The position numbers were made by a program, and so were the translations under genes. Below the pieces are notes generated by a model. The model saw only the letters and a list, made by a program, of their open reading frames with translations. It was not told where the DNA came from and searched no databases. A DNA stretch of 64,000 bases from Dicyema japonicum (lineage: Eukaryota > Animalia > Dicyemida): the NCBI GenBank assembly GCA_011109175.1, contig RDEW01000044.1, forward strand, positions 254,878 to 318,877. The letters are read 5' to 3'. Within the stretch, counting starts at the first letter, position 1. Each line of letters starts with the position of its first letter. Shown one piece after another: positions 62,300-64,000 of this stretch.

Positions 62300-64000
62300 T
62301 ATAGTCCTAAACTATGTCTAAAAAAAACCATTTGCTCCCTACCAACCAGAGGACTTCCCACTGGACAGCATTCTCTCAATGTTGGAACATTCTATCGATT
62401 GAGACTGTTGACCTCAGGAGACGTGGAACAAAATCCAGACCCAAAGAAGTTAACAATTCAAAGCTTAAAGACAAACGGGATCAGAGGAAAGATTGCTTAA
62501 CTTTCCTTATTCTTGGAGAGGAACAAAGTAGATATCTGCCTTCTCCAGGAAACGAAGCTTTCAAGTAACATTCCTACTCCTCTCTTTAATGGATACAACA
62601 CAACAAGATCCGACCGCCCATCTGGCCAAGGAGGGGGTCTACTGACTCTCGTGAGAAAAGGAATAAAATACATCGAGAACCCTTCTCCTTACAAGAGCCT
62701 AATGGAAGACTTAAACATGGAGATAATTGGAATATCTGTTATAACTTCCATTGGAAAATTTGAAATTGCGAATTTTTATGTTCCTCCTCCTGGCTCCTGC
62801 AGGAAAAATTTATGCTTTACCTATCGACCTTGGACAAACTGGAGAACTTGTTTTTATGTGGAGACCTGAATGCAAAGCACCCTTCTTGGTTCCGCTAGCA
62901 GGTCGCTGATAACAGAGGAAACCTTCTATTATCCCAAATACAAAACTTAATAATCTTCAACAACCCGAAAAAGAACACTAGGACAGCATACAACACGAAG
63001 GACATGGTGACATCTACGGACTTATCGATCTGCTCGCCTCGTCTTTCCCCGATCATTAATTGGATGGTCCGCTATGACCTCCGGAGTGACCACCATTCGA
63101 TGATAATGAAGCTGAACTGCGAGCCACGTTTTGTACCGAAGCCTATTCATTTCTATGATTACAAAAATGCAAATTGGACTGGCTTTACAAATTTCGTTGA
63201 TTCAAAACTGCAACATTTCCACCCTGAAAATTTCTCTTCCATAGACAAAGCTGCATACTATTTCAACAAAACAATCACAGGAGAAAAATTTTTATCAGAA
63301 AAGCATATATAAAAAACGAAAAATTAAAATACGACTTAAAAACAAAGAAAATAATTATGGAAAAAATCACCATTAAGAGAATGACACATCGATCAAGAGA
63401 GGTCATTAATCGAATCAGGGCACTAAACATTCTTATCACGAAAACCAGAACACCCGAAGGAAGAAACTCATGGGAATCTCTGTTCCCATGAATAATCAGA
63501 TCTCAATTTCCAACATGTGGAAGATGTTGAGGCGTCTGAAGAACCCAGAATACAAGGACAACAAAGAACAATGCCAACTCAATTTGAATAAATTTATGAA
63601 ACATTGTATCCGAATCAGTTCCTTATAAAAAGATCAACACACAAACGAAAATAAAGAGCAAGCCATCCAAAATAGCCCCGCTGATTTATTTTTTCCTAAA
63701 TATTTATCCAAAGCAATATCAGATCAGAAAAAAACAAACTCATGTGGCCCAGACGGAATTCCTCTTATTCTGCTGAAACACTTGGGCCCAGCATCAATAA
63801 ATGCATTAACAATCATCCACAACACATCGCTGAACATAAATACCATTCCGATTTTATGGAAACTATCAAAAATTCGTCCAATAATTGAAACCGGGAAGAC
63901 CAAAAAACGATCCCGGCTCTTACAGATCAGTCTTCCTTATATGTGTTTTGTCGAGGATCCTGGAGAAACTGGTCCTAAAACTTATTCGCCCCTCCTCCCA
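62300..64000 (+). mobile_element. Degenerate I/Jockey-like LINE (APE plus start of RT)
   Basis: DICLLQETKL, RSDRPSGQGGGLL, IANFYVPP, LNAKHPSW, LRSDHH, ANWTGF, CGPDGIP..LLKHLG and SYRSV..RILEKLV. Confidence 0.9.

Overview
AT-rich eukaryotic (metazoan) scaffold with five N gaps and many short tandem duplications that look like assembly overlaps. The genes use the standard code but are split by extremely short introns (about 21-29 nt), which is why the six-frame ORF track looks fragmented. This architecture is known from miniaturised parasitic animals such as dicyemids and is reported for some myxozoans; the organism cannot be fixed from this window. Manual splicing recovers four main loci. (1) An intact cytosolic aspartate aminotransferase GOT1 (34921-36283, 7 micro-introns). 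(2) A near full-length fibrocystin-L/PKHD1L1 orthologue (45362-59796, about 68 micro-introns). It carries an extra kringle module flanked by phase-1 introns, lacks the second beta-helix block, and has several lesions that may be sequence errors or real decay. (3) Two paralogues of a LAMP-like type I membrane protein, one apparently readable (23018-24483) and one a pseudogene (8000-9170). (4) A decayed ~1.4 kb internal fragment of an axonemal dynein heavy chain on the minus strand (27830-29210). Most remaining sequence is degenerate transposon debris: Jockey/I-like, RTE-, R4- and CRE-like non-LTR elements, two hAT families and a possible mariner. No rRNA, tRNA or CRISPR array was recognised. 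Comparisons with human proteins and exon boundaries are from recalled knowledge, not database searches, and need checking.
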